64,000 bases of DNA from Elusimicrobiota bacterium (GTDB taxonomy: Bacteria; Elusimicrobiota; Elusimicrobia; UBA1565; UBA9628). Each line of letters begins with the position of its first letter. Positions within the stretch are counted from its first letter, which is position 1. The DNA lies in contig DMMY01000016.1 in assembly GCA_003452935.1 (NCBI GenBank), positions 142,009 through 206,008 of the forward strand. Direction: 5' to 3'. The position numbers and the translations under genes are program-made. The notes under the pieces are model-generated. The model made no database searches. It was not told where the DNA came from and saw only the letters and a program-made list of their open reading frames with translations. This document shows, one piece after another, positions 29,176-38,505 of this stretch.

Positions 29176-30978
29176 TTGGAAAGAAAACAATTGGGTCGGT
29201 TCCTAATTACCACAGCCCTGGAAGAAGCCTGGCGCGATGATGTGCCGGTTTTATTCCTCGGGGAGTGGTGTCTATCCTACTCCCGCAAGGATCGATGGTC
29301 AAAAATCGATGCGGAAATATTGCCTTATCACTGGGATGACCGGGCCAAGTTATATGCCGATTATAAAAACCTCCTGGCTTTCCATGAGCGCTTATTGGCC
29401 AATTTGGCCGGACAGCTCAACGAGATTCACGGCGTCGACCACAGTCTTCGCTACTGGCGCATATTGATCGGCCCGTGGTTGGGGGATTTCATCCACATAC
29501 TATTTGATCGCTGGACATCCATTCACCAAGCCATTGCTCAGCATGTGCTGTCCGGAACTCTTATTCTAACCGGCAAAGAAGAAACCTTGATTCCCAATGA
29601 CATGGCCGACTTCAGCCGCCTCTTGATCCGAGATGAATGGAATCATCACCTCTACGCCGCCATTCTACAGCGCTTTACGACGGTTCCCTGCAGCAAAAGG
29701 GCACGGCAAGACATTGCAAGTTGGACTCCACATGCCGTTCCAAACACATCCTGGAAACAACTTGTCAAGCGCACAATGGCCGACTGGTATGTCCGAGGAG
29801 CACGGTTGCTGGCTAGTGACCAAGACGCATTCCTTCTAGCCACCTACTTGCCCTTTCGCGACGAGATGAGAATGCATCGACGTTTGGGGCAATTGCCGCA
29901 ACCCTGGCGTTCGACATCTCCGGCAAAAGCCTCCGTTGACGAACACCGACGGCAATGGGTTGTCGCAGGAAACAGTCTCTCGCCATTCGAGACATGCGCG
30001 CGCGCCCTAATCCCATCTCAAATACCGGCGATATATCTAGAAGGCTACAGCCAACTGGTTATGCAGACGACTGTTTTACCTTGGCCTAAAAAACCCAAGC
30101 TAATCTGGACCAGCAATGCCTTGACTTCCGACGATGTTTTTAAAGCCTGGGCAGCGGACAAAATTGAAAAAGGGTCCCCGTTGGTGGTCGGGCAGCATGG
30201 CGGTCATTACGGCATAGGCCGTTGGTCGTTCCTTGAAGATCATGAAATAGCCATCAGCGACCGCTACCTCAGCTGGGGCTGGGCAGAGCCGGGCCATCCC
30301 AAAATAAAACCAGTCGGACAATTGAAGGCAAAACGGCCATTAGGCATTCGACATGCGGAAAAACCGGTCGCATTGCTGGTCACGTCCAACCACCCACGAC
30401 AAAGCTATCGGAATCACAGTTCAATGATCTCGCGCCAGTGGAGCGATTATTTTAAGGATCAGAGAATATTCGTCGCGCAATTACCCGCGGAGATTAAAGA
30501 GGCGTTGATTGTGCGCCTATATTGCCATGATTACGGCCGCGACCAAGCGGCGCAATGGCATGATCACTTCCCGGCCCTGCGCCTTGACGCCGGCCATTCC
30601 AACATCATTAGGTTGATTGCCCAATGCCGCCTTTATATCTCCACATATAATTCCACGACTTTCCTGGAATCGTTCACCATGAATATACCTACGATCATTT
30701 TTTGGAACCCAAATCATTGGGAACTGCGCGATTCCGCCATCCCTTATTTCGAAGAGCTCAAGCGCGTCGGCATCTTTCACGAAAGCCCGGCATCCGCCGC
30801 ACGTCACGTGACCGACATATGGGATCATGTCGATGAGTGGTGGTCCTCCGCATCCGTCCAGCGGACTCTCAAGCAATTCAAGGCGCGTTACTGCGATCTG
30901 CCCAATAATCTATTGGAACGAATTGAGCACGCATTGCGGGAAGTCATGCCCATTTCAGAAAAAACCGACTCATGTTAA
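29176..30978 (+). CDS. Large uncharacterised protein, probable GT-B-fold transferase of unassigned family (hyp-A)
   Basis: No recognised family. The C-terminal region (IIRLIAQCRLYISTYNSTTFLESFTMNIPTIIFW) resembles the donor-binding tail of GT-B enzymes. Shows weak similarity to the 33777 ORF. Confidence 0.3.
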   Translation: MERKQLGRFLITTALEEAWRDDVPVLFLGEWCLSYSRKDRWSKIDAEILPYHWDDRAKLYADYKNLLAFHERLLANLAGQLNEIHGVDHSLRYWRILIGPWLGDFIHILFDRWTSIHQAIAQHVLSGTLILTGKEETLIPNDMADFSRLLIRDEWNHHLYAAILQRFTTVPCSKRARQDIASWTPHAVPNTSWKQLVKRTMADWYVRGARLLASDQDAFLLATYLPFRDEMRMHRRLGQLPQPWRSTSPAKASVDEHRRQWVVAGNSLSPFETCARALIPSQIPAIYLEGYSQLVMQTTVLPWPKKPKLIWTSNALTSDDVFKAWAADKIEKGSPLVVGQHGGHYGIGRWSFLEDHEIAISDRYLSWGWAEPGHPKIKPVGQLKAKRPLGIRHAEKPVALLVTSNHPRQSYRNHSSMISRQWSDYFKDQRIFVAQLPAEIKEALIVRLYCHDYGRDQAAQWHDHFPALRLDAGHSNIIRLIAQCRLYISTYNSTTFLESFTMNIPTIIFWNPNHWELRDSAIPYFEELKRVGIFHESPASAARHVTDIWDHVDEWWSSASVQRTLKQFKARYCDLPNNLLERIEHALREVMPISEKTDSC

Positions 30979-32537
30979 TGTCCTCCATTCGCTGGCGCTT
31001 TGCCTTCACCATTGGAAGCAACCTAATACGCGGTTCGATCAGCTTTATAACCGGAATACTGTTGGCCCGCTACCTAGGCCCGGCCTCGTATGGCAACATG
31101 GCTTTTCTGCTGGGCACTTTTCTGGGCATTCGGCAATTATTGGATATGGGAAGTTCATCGGCGTTCTTCACATTTTTGTCGCAAAAACCACGATCCAGAC
31201 GGTTCGTCATGTCATATTTTGCCTGGCTGGCCGCGCAATTCCTCATCACATTAGGGGTTATCGGGTTACTATTCCCATCCCGATGGATTGCTACTATCTG
31301 GCATGGAGAGCAGCGCGGATTGGTTCTTCTGGCATTTACCGCCGCCTTCATGCAAAACAGCATATGGCCGGTTATCCAGCAGGCGGGAGAATCCCAGCGG
31401 CAAACCGTTTGGGTACAGGGCATTAGCACGGTTGTCGCGGGAGTTCATCTCTCAGTAGTTATTTTGCTCAGGAAGTTTGGGATTCTGCAGCTCTACGCCA
31501 TTTTCGCCGCCATTTCTCTAGAATATTTTCTGGCCGCTGTTGTTGCGCAGAAGTGGCACAATTACGCCAAGGAGGAAACCAGCGGTTCGCCCCACATAAC
31601 ATCGGAGCCGTTATTCGGGAAATACCTAAATTATTGCTCGCCCCTAATACTCTACTCATGCATCGGTTTCGCCTACAATTTCGCCGACCGCTGGCTTCTC
31701 CAAAAATACGGCGGGGACGTTGAACAGGCCTATTACGCAGTCGGCTCCCAATTTTCCGCCATCGCGCTCATCGCCACATCTTCCATCCTCCGCATTTTTT
31801 GGAAGGAGATTGCCGAGGCGCACCACCTTGCAGACCACGCGCGCACAAAAACGCTTTACCAGAAGGTTTCCCGGCACTTATTCTTTGGCGGTGCGATGAT
31901 CGCCGGATTTTTCATGCCCTGGGCCGAAGATTTGCTGCGCCTGGTTCTCGGCGCATCATATGTCGGTGGAACAACGACCATGGCAATTATGTTTCTCTAC
32001 CCAGTCCACCAATCCATGGGGCAAATTGTCAGCACCATGCTTTTCGCGACAGAACGGGTTTCATTGCAGGTCACAACCGGCATCATCTTCATGATCGCAA
32101 GCATGGGAGCGACTTATCTTGTGCTCGCGCCTGGGAATGCAGTCATACCGGGCCTGGGACTGGCTTCAATGGGCTTGGCCATCAAGATGATTATGCTGCA
32201 GCTTATACAAGTCAATGTCCTTGCATACATGATCGCCCGCATCTGGAAATGGCCATTTGACTGGGTCCATCAACCCGCAAGCCTGCTGGGATGCCTGGGT
32301 TCGGGATGGATAGCCCATGCCGCGGCCATGCGCATGGACATCGGCGCAACTTCACTGCCCGGGCTCATGGGATTGGGAGGGGGCATATACCTGCTGATGA
32401 TGGCGACTTTTGTCTGCGCTATGCCGTGGCTGGCTGGGCTGACTCGGGATGATTTGATTTCCAACGTAACGAATATTTGGGGAAAAGCAGGATGCCGCTG
32501 GAAAATGGGATGGTCCAATACCCCAGACAGCAAGTGA
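30972..32537 (+). CDS. wzx: Wzx-like oligosaccharide flippase (MOP superfamily)
   Basis: Polytopic protein; N-terminal SNLIRGSISFITGILLARYLGPASYG typical of the polysaccharide-biosynthesis (PST) family. Confidence 0.7.
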   Translation: MLMSSIRWRFAFTIGSNLIRGSISFITGILLARYLGPASYGNMAFLLGTFLGIRQLLDMGSSSAFFTFLSQKPRSRRFVMSYFAWLAAQFLITLGVIGLLFPSRWIATIWHGEQRGLVLLAFTAAFMQNSIWPVIQQAGESQRQTVWVQGISTVVAGVHLSVVILLRKFGILQLYAIFAAISLEYFLAAVVAQKWHNYAKEETSGSPHITSEPLFGKYLNYCSPLILYSCIGFAYNFADRWLLQKYGGDVEQAYYAVGSQFSAIALIATSSILRIFWKEIAEAHHLADHARTKTLYQKVSRHLFFGGAMIAGFFMPWAEDLLRLVLGASYVGGTTTMAIMFLYPVHQSMGQIVSTMLFATERVSLQVTTGIIFMIASMGATYLVLAPGNAVIPGLGLASMGLAIKMIMLQLIQVNVLAYMIARIWKWPFDWVHQPASLLGCLGSGWIAHAAAMRMDIGATSLPGLMGLGGGIYLLMMATFVCAMPWLAGLTRDDLISNVTNIWGKAGCRWKMGWSNTPDSK

Positions 32538-32587
32538 TCAGGGGAAAATGAAGATTCGACCACGGCATTAAAATTGATATATAATTC

Positions 32588-33748
32588 TTGCAGCAATTAC
32601 CCCGCAATATTGTCCGATTCAAAAATTATGGCCACGCGCAGATGGGAAATATAACAACCTTTCTTCCGGATCATTTCAAGAACCTCATAAGACCTTATTA
32701 TTATTGGCTGAAGCGGCATGTGCGCAAATCTTTTAAATCCAGCATAGTCGCCCTGCCGTCTCACCTGAACATGGCATTTACGATGAAATGCCAAGCTGCC
32801 TGCCCGCACTGCTACTTCTTACAGGAAAACACAGCTACCTTCAAACGCCCTGAATTATTAACTCAAAAATTCCTGACCAACATGCTGGGGTCGCCGTTTT
32901 GCAAAAATATAAGGACCATGACGTGCGGCGGGGGAGAAGCCCTTCTGCATCCAGACATTCTCTCACTGGTTAAAATTCCCTACCAATTCGGCATCACGCA
33001 AATTCAGATCGTCTCCAATGGCATCACCCTGCAGGACAAGGATATCGTACAGAGGATAATTGCCAATAAAAGTTTCAACACTTTGCAGGTTTCCCTCGAC
33101 GCCGCGAATGCCGATGATTTCATGCTTAAGAAAGGCATCACGAAATGCGATTTCAATAGCATATTGAAGAATATAGCCGCGATCACGGCCTCATATGAAA
33201 AAGGGGGACATTTTTCCACAGGGCTGAGCTTCGTGATCAACGCGCGCAATATCAGGGACCTGTCCCAAATGATAAAATTGGCGGAGGAGCTAAATGTCGA
33301 TTATTGTCATTTCGCCACTCAACAAGTTACCAGGGACGACAACTCCTCAACCATCGGACAAACGGTCGAAAAGGAACAACCAGAATACGATAATGTTCTT
33401 CGACAAACCAGCTACCAAGTAGACATCAACATCCAACCGCCACTTCAGTCCAATTTCCTTCACTACTTCTGCGCATCCCTGGCACATCATCTATCATTAA
33501 GCCCTGAAGGACGGCTTGCTCCGTGCTGCCACATCCCTTGGGACAAGAAATACGGGATGTTCGATTCATGCCGCGAAAACCCGATAAACAATCCGGCAGC
33601 GGTCAATTTACGAGACATGTTCATCGCCGCCAAAAAAGAGGGCAACCCCGTGCTGCTGCCCCAAGAATGCAAAAAATGCCCGCGCCGGCTCAAGGGATAT
33701 TTCCATTTTTCACGACATCGCCGGAAATGGCAATTTATCCCATATTAG
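32588..33748 (+). CDS. Radical SAM / SPASM-domain protein no. 2
   Basis: CQAACPHCY (Cx3Cx2C) plus a C-terminal Cys-rich region (CCHIPWD...DSCREN...ECKKCPRR). Confidence 0.75.
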   Translation: MQQLPRNIVRFKNYGHAQMGNITTFLPDHFKNLIRPYYYWLKRHVRKSFKSSIVALPSHLNMAFTMKCQAACPHCYFLQENTATFKRPELLTQKFLTNMLGSPFCKNIRTMTCGGGEALLHPDILSLVKIPYQFGITQIQIVSNGITLQDKDIVQRIIANKSFNTLQVSLDAANADDFMLKKGITKCDFNSILKNIAAITASYEKGGHFSTGLSFVINARNIRDLSQMIKLAEELNVDYCHFATQQVTRDDNSSTIGQTVEKEQPEYDNVLRQTSYQVDINIQPPLQSNFLHYFCASLAHHLSLSPEGRLAPCCHIPWDKKYGMFDSCRENPINNPAAVNLRDMFIAAKKEGNPVLLPQECKKCPRRLKGYFHFSRHRRKWQFIPY

Positions 33749-33776
33749 CGCCAACTATATTTATATTGTTTGAGGA

Positions 33777-35768
33777 TTGAGTACGCGAGCCCCTCCCCAA
33801 GCAGACAGCGACATCCGCGCTTCTAATTTGCCGCCAGACGCATTGAGTTGTCCATTGACAAAGAATCCGACGGGCATTTCCATCACCGTTTGGGATTCGG
33901 CTGTCGAGCCAGCCGAATGCGAAGGACTTATTTATACATGGAATGGCTACGCGGAGAATGCTCACGTCCATTCCTTATTCCGGCAGGTCGACATCCATGG
34001 CGAACGATTGCGGCGAAAATACTTAACCTGGATACACGATTTTGGCGAGAGCAGATTCTCAAATAAACGCATCATTGATCACCTAGCGATTGAAGATGGA
34101 TTAAGTTACTGGTGGTTGACCCTCCTGTCCGAGCAGAGCCAGTATAAATCGCCTAGAATCAAAGATGCCATTCGCCTTTTGGCCTTGGATGAAATCGTCA
34201 ACGAGCTCAAGCCAGTCAAAGTCAAGCTGGTTAGCCCAGACTCAAGCTTGAGCGAATCACTCCAGGGCTTATGCCTCAAATTGGACATTGCCTATACATG
34301 GGAACGAATTGCGGACCAGCACCCGCGCTCCTTAAACCTTAAAGCCGCCTGCCATGCATTACCGCAATCAATTAGGGCGCTCGCAACCCTTATTCGCTAC
34401 CTGCATATTCGATGGCCGCTAAGGCGGGCAGACAAGCACAACTGGTTCAGCGGCGACAAGGCTTTATTTTTTTGCGCATTTTTCGTCTATATGGACCCTC
34501 AAAATGCCCAAGCAGGACATTTTCATTCCCATTATTGGGAAGGATTGCATGCCCTGCTGGAGAGACTGAACCTCAACGGAAACTGGCTTCAGCTTTACAA
34601 ATCAGCCGAAGGAGGGCCGTGCCCCCAGACTGCAATTGATTGGGTCAATCGCTTCAACCGGCAACGCCAGAAAGAGGGGTTTCATGCCTTCCTTGACGCT
34701 TTTTTATCTTGGCGCATTGTATTACGCGTCTTGAGAGGTTGGCTCAATCTCATTGTCATCTCGCGGCGTCTTCGAAAACTCAAAGACGCATTCACGCCAA
34801 GAGGCACGCATCTCTCCTTGTGGCCCATTATGAAGGCGGATTGGTACGCCTCACTGCGCGGCCCTGACGCTATCAGCAACCTGCTCTGGGTTGAACTTTT
34901 CGATGCCGCCCTGCGAAACATGCCCCATCAAAAAAGAGGGATATATACCTGCGAGAATCAGGCCTGGGAACGCGCTTTGGCGCATGCTTGGCGCAAGCAC
35001 GGCCATGGCCAATTAATCGCCGCCGCGCATTGCACCATTCGTTTTTGGGATCTACGTTACTTCAGCCACCCTCGCACAATTACTTCAAAGAGGGAACCCT
35101 ACCCCAAACCAAATCCAGATATCGTGGCTGTCAACGGCAAGGCCGCGTTAGACGTCTGCCTCAATGCGAATTTTTCAAAAGATACGCTCGTTGAAAGCGA
35201 AGCCCTGCGTTACGGCTACCTGACGAATCTAACGAGAACATACCCATCCCAGGTAAAGAACGGCGGGCCCCTCAAAGTCCTCATCCTGGGCGATTATCTC
35301 CGTTCAGGAACATCGAAAACGTTGCGGCTGCTTGAAGCTGCAGTTCCACTCATAGCCATCCCTATCACTTTCACGATGAAACCGCACCCTAACTGCCTAG
35401 TAAAATCAACGGATTACCCATGCCTCAAATTGAAGATAGTCATGGACCCCTTGAAGGACATTCTGCGCGACTTCGACATTGCCTATTCCAGCAACATGAC
35501 CGCAGCGGCGACAGACGCCTATCTTGCGGGGCTGGGGGTGGTGGTGATGCTCGATGATAAGGAACTTAACTCCAGTCCATTGCGCGGCCAACCCGGAGTG
35601 CAATTTATCGACACGCCAGATAGGCTTGCCAAGTCGCTCATGACGTTTTCCCCCGCTGAATCTCCACGTCCTGATTCAAGCCTCTTCTATTTTCTAGATC
35701 AACGCTTGCCCCGATGGGAGAAACTGTTGCTCGCACCAAGCCCGCAAGAACCGCGAGACACCAATTGA
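33777..35768 (+). CDS. Large uncharacterised protein, possible GT-B-fold transferase (hyp-B)
   Basis: No recognised family. C-terminal DIAYSSNMTAAATDAYLAGLGVVVM is GT-B-like. Start uncertain. Confidence 0.3.
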   Translation: MSTRAPPQADSDIRASNLPPDALSCPLTKNPTGISITVWDSAVEPAECEGLIYTWNGYAENAHVHSLFRQVDIHGERLRRKYLTWIHDFGESRFSNKRIIDHLAIEDGLSYWWLTLLSEQSQYKSPRIKDAIRLLALDEIVNELKPVKVKLVSPDSSLSESLQGLCLKLDIAYTWERIADQHPRSLNLKAACHALPQSIRALATLIRYLHIRWPLRRADKHNWFSGDKALFFCAFFVYMDPQNAQAGHFHSHYWEGLHALLERLNLNGNWLQLYKSAEGGPCPQTAIDWVNRFNRQRQKEGFHAFLDAFLSWRIVLRVLRGWLNLIVISRRLRKLKDAFTPRGTHLSLWPIMKADWYASLRGPDAISNLLWVELFDAALRNMPHQKRGIYTCENQAWERALAHAWRKHGHGQLIAAAHCTIRFWDLRYFSHPRTITSKREPYPKPNPDIVAVNGKAALDVCLNANFSKDTLVESEALRYGYLTNLTRTYPSQVKNGGPLKVLILGDYLRSGTSKTLRLLEAAVPLIAIPITFTMKPHPNCLVKSTDYPCLKLKIVMDPLKDILRDFDIAYSSNMTAAATDAYLAGLGVVVMLDDKELNSSPLRGQPGVQFIDTPDRLAKSLMTFSPAESPRPDSSLFYFLDQRLPRWEKLLLAPSPQEPRDTN

Positions 35769-35877
35769 GCTGCCCTTAAAACCAATCCAGGTAATTTGAC
35801 AGGATGGAACATCGTCAGACGGACAATATGTTTCGCAAAACAAGTTATTTGAGGATTAAAAAAGACATCTAGCCGCC

Positions 35878-38505
35878 ATGCCAGAACGCCCTCATGTTTC
35901 GATATGCATAGTGGCCACTCTGTGCGTGATCTGGAGCGCTGGCAGCCAAGCGGTCGCTCAGACTTCTGACGACTTCATCCAGGTAAAAAATCCGTTCTCC
36001 TTGCGCCTGGACAAAGTGCCGGCCCAGAGAATTCCCATTGGAGCTCCGGATGATTACAAGCCGAATATCGCTATTCTTCCAAGCGGGGAACTGCTGCTGG
36101 TCGCCTTCCACCGCTACACGACGGGCGCTGTATTTTACGAAGAACAGCTCCTGTTCCGGTCAATCGACCACGGCATCACTTGGTCAGGACCACAAGCGCT
36201 CGGCTTGTTAGGACGAGAGCCTTACCTGACGGCGCTTTCTGACGGCACCCTGTTCATCACCGTACATTTGTTGGAGGGAGACTTGCGCAACCCAGACACC
36301 TACACACATAGTTACATCCATCGGTCTATAGACAACGGTCAGACATGGACGACATTGCGCATCGGCCCAGAGGGTTTCCCGGAAAAAGCCGTCACCCATA
36401 CCAGCCGGCAGGTGCTTGAGCTTCCTGATGGGACCTTATTGCTCGGAGTAGATGCCGTAGGCGGCCAAGCTTATCTCTGGCGTTCCAACGACCGGGGCGC
36501 GACCTGGGACCGTTCCCAGCTTGTGGATAATGATGGCTTTCATAATACCGCTTCCTATTTCGGCGAGGCGCATCTCTGGCGAGCAAAATCCGGCAAGCTT
36601 TTCAATATTGTCCGCGTCAACAGCGCGGTATATCCGATTCCCGGCCGCGATCCGCCGGAAGCCGCCTGGGACCATGCCAATCATTTGATCGTTTATGAAT
36701 CGACCGATACAGGCCGAACCTTTCGCAAGCTTATAGATTTAGGCGATTATGGGGAAATGTACCCTTCTCTCCTGCGGCTCACCAGAGACCGGTTGTTGCT
36801 GACTTTCACAGTCCGGGCAGAGAAGATTCCTTTAGGCGTCCAAGCAGTGCTCGGTTCCGAGACCGAGGACGGATTTGTGTTTGATTTTTCGCGCGACCGA
36901 TTCGTTCTCGAAGAAAAAACTCCTCCAGATCAAGACAGCGGCGGAGGATTCGGCCCGAGCCTTCGGGCGGGCGACGGCAAGATTGTGACGGCATATTCCT
37001 ACCGAGGGGCGGATGGCTTGTCCCATGTCGAGGTCGTCCGCTGGCCATTGGCGGAGGACGACTCCGATGTCCCGCTTCCTCCATCTAACCTTTCCGCAAG
37101 CTCGGAAGATGCTGGCCACATCAGATTGCATTGGCAAATCTCTCCATCTACGGGGATCACGCACTACAACATCTATCGGGACACCGGCGCCGGGACGGTC
37201 GATTACTCCATGAGAATCGCCAGCGTTCCCGCCTCGGTCTGTGATTTTTCGACAGGCCCATTTACCCTATCGGAGTCTTACAGATTCGCCATTCGGGCCG
37301 CGGGGCCGTTCGGCGAAGAAGTCAACACAAGCGTCGCGGCCTCGGCAACCGCACAATCTCATCCCTCGGCCATCACGGCCGCAATCAAAACGCCGGCGGC
37401 GGGCAAGAGAATCTGGGGCAATCGGGTCACTATTATCGCGGAACCGGCAGCCGGCCAAGCTGCAAAACTGAAACAAATCCTATTCCAATATCGAGCTTCA
37501 ACCGGATCAGTCTGGTCGCATATCACGCCCCCCGACTCGACCTATCCCAATCCAAGGATGACAGCTCCCTATATCACGCAGTGGGATGTTACCTCACTGA
37601 GCACTGGAAATTACGAATTGCGGGCACTCGCCAGCAGTTTTGATGGCGAAACGGATGAGGCACCCGCGACCGTGACGATCGCGGTTGATTCCTTAGATTT
37701 CGACATCAATGAACGCCTAATAGCCGGAGGGCCGTTGGTGAAAGAGCAAAAAATTAACAATTTCATCTCCAACACGGTCCAAGCCGCCTCTGCAGGCTCG
37801 CCGCTATTCTCCCAGGTCGACATCCCTCCCGGAGCCCTGGATGGTTCGACCGTAACGATAACAATCACGAACACACCAGCAACCGTGCCTGCGACACCCA
37901 GGGGAACTGAAAGCATCGGCGCTTTCGCCGAAGTGGCGCTTTCGAATGCACAAAGCAATCTTTCCATGGGCAAGACTGCTGTCGTCTCTCTAGGTTTTCC
38001 TGATGACAACGGCGATGGGATCGTTGACGGGACCATGGTCAGGACGGATCGCCTCGCCATGTTCTCGGCGCCGACCGCGGCCGGTCCCTGGCAAAGGGAT
38101 GTAGCGACCACGATCGATACAGCAAATAAGATGGCGAGAGGCGTCACCTCGCATTTCAGCTTCTTCGGCCTGTTCGCTACGGCATCAACAAGCCTGGACT
38201 CTGTCCGGGTTTATCCAGTGCCCTTCGTACCGAACAACAGTTTAAGCGACGATGGGGTTCCATACTCCGCCGGCAACGTCAATTCCGGGATAGTTTTCGA
38301 TAACCTTACGGATTCGGCCATAATTGAGATTTATACGGTGACGGGACAACTCGTGGCCCGGCTGAACTCAAGCCATACCAACGGCAGGCTTCAGTGGGAT
38401 ATTAAAAACGATAGGGAAACGGATGTCGCTTCCGGCGGCTATATCGCGCTCATCAGCAATGGGGGAGATCCGCCCATAGCCAGGAAGCTGCTGATCATCA
38501 AATGA
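35878..38505 (+). CDS. Secreted BNR/Asp-box sialidase-like glycosidase with an FN3 domain and a T9SS C-terminal sorting domain
   Basis: Signal peptide; RIP motif (AQRIPIG); four Asp-boxes (SIDHGITW, SIDNGQTW, SNDRGATW, STDTGRTF); FN3-like LHWQISPSTGITHYNIYR; C-terminal ~80 aa ending ...GGYIALISNGGDPPIARKLLIIK, typical of type-A T9SS CTDs. Confidence 0.7.
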   Translation: MPERPHVSICIVATLCVIWSAGSQAVAQTSDDFIQVKNPFSLRLDKVPAQRIPIGAPDDYKPNIAILPSGELLLVAFHRYTTGAVFYEEQLLFRSIDHGITWSGPQALGLLGREPYLTALSDGTLFITVHLLEGDLRNPDTYTHSYIHRSIDNGQTWTTLRIGPEGFPEKAVTHTSRQVLELPDGTLLLGVDAVGGQAYLWRSNDRGATWDRSQLVDNDGFHNTASYFGEAHLWRAKSGKLFNIVRVNSAVYPIPGRDPPEAAWDHANHLIVYESTDTGRTFRKLIDLGDYGEMYPSLLRLTRDRLLLTFTVRAEKIPLGVQAVLGSETEDGFVFDFSRDRFVLEEKTPPDQDSGGGFGPSLRAGDGKIVTAYSYRGADGLSHVEVVRWPLAEDDSDVPLPPSNLSASSEDAGHIRLHWQISPSTGITHYNIYRDTGAGTVDYSMRIASVPASVCDFSTGPFTLSESYRFAIRAAGPFGEEVNTSVAASATAQSHPSAITAAIKTPAAGKRIWGNRVTIIAEPAAGQAAKLKQILFQYRASTGSVWSHITPPDSTYPNPRMTAPYITQWDVTSLSTGNYELRALASSFDGETDEAPATVTIAVDSLDFDINERLIAGGPLVKEQKINNFISNTVQAASAGSPLFSQVDIPPGALDGSTVTITITNTPATVPATPRGTESIGAFAEVALSNAQSNLSMGKTAVVSLGFPDDNGDGIVDGTMVRTDRLAMFSAPTAAGPWQRDVATTIDTANKMARGVTSHFSFFGLFATASTSLDSVRVYPVPFVPNNSLSDDGVPYSAGNVNSGIVFDNLTDSAIIEIYTVTGQLVARLNSSHTNGRLQWDIKNDRETDVASGGYIALISNGGDPPIARKLLIIK

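Noticed and set aside
19366-33748. Interpretation of the two rSAM/SPASM proteins as RiPP maturases
   Set aside because: No Cys/Gly-rich small ORF was seen in the adjacent spacers when translating by eye, and the context is entirely glycan biosynthesis. It is not fully excluded; a small-ORF search is the check.
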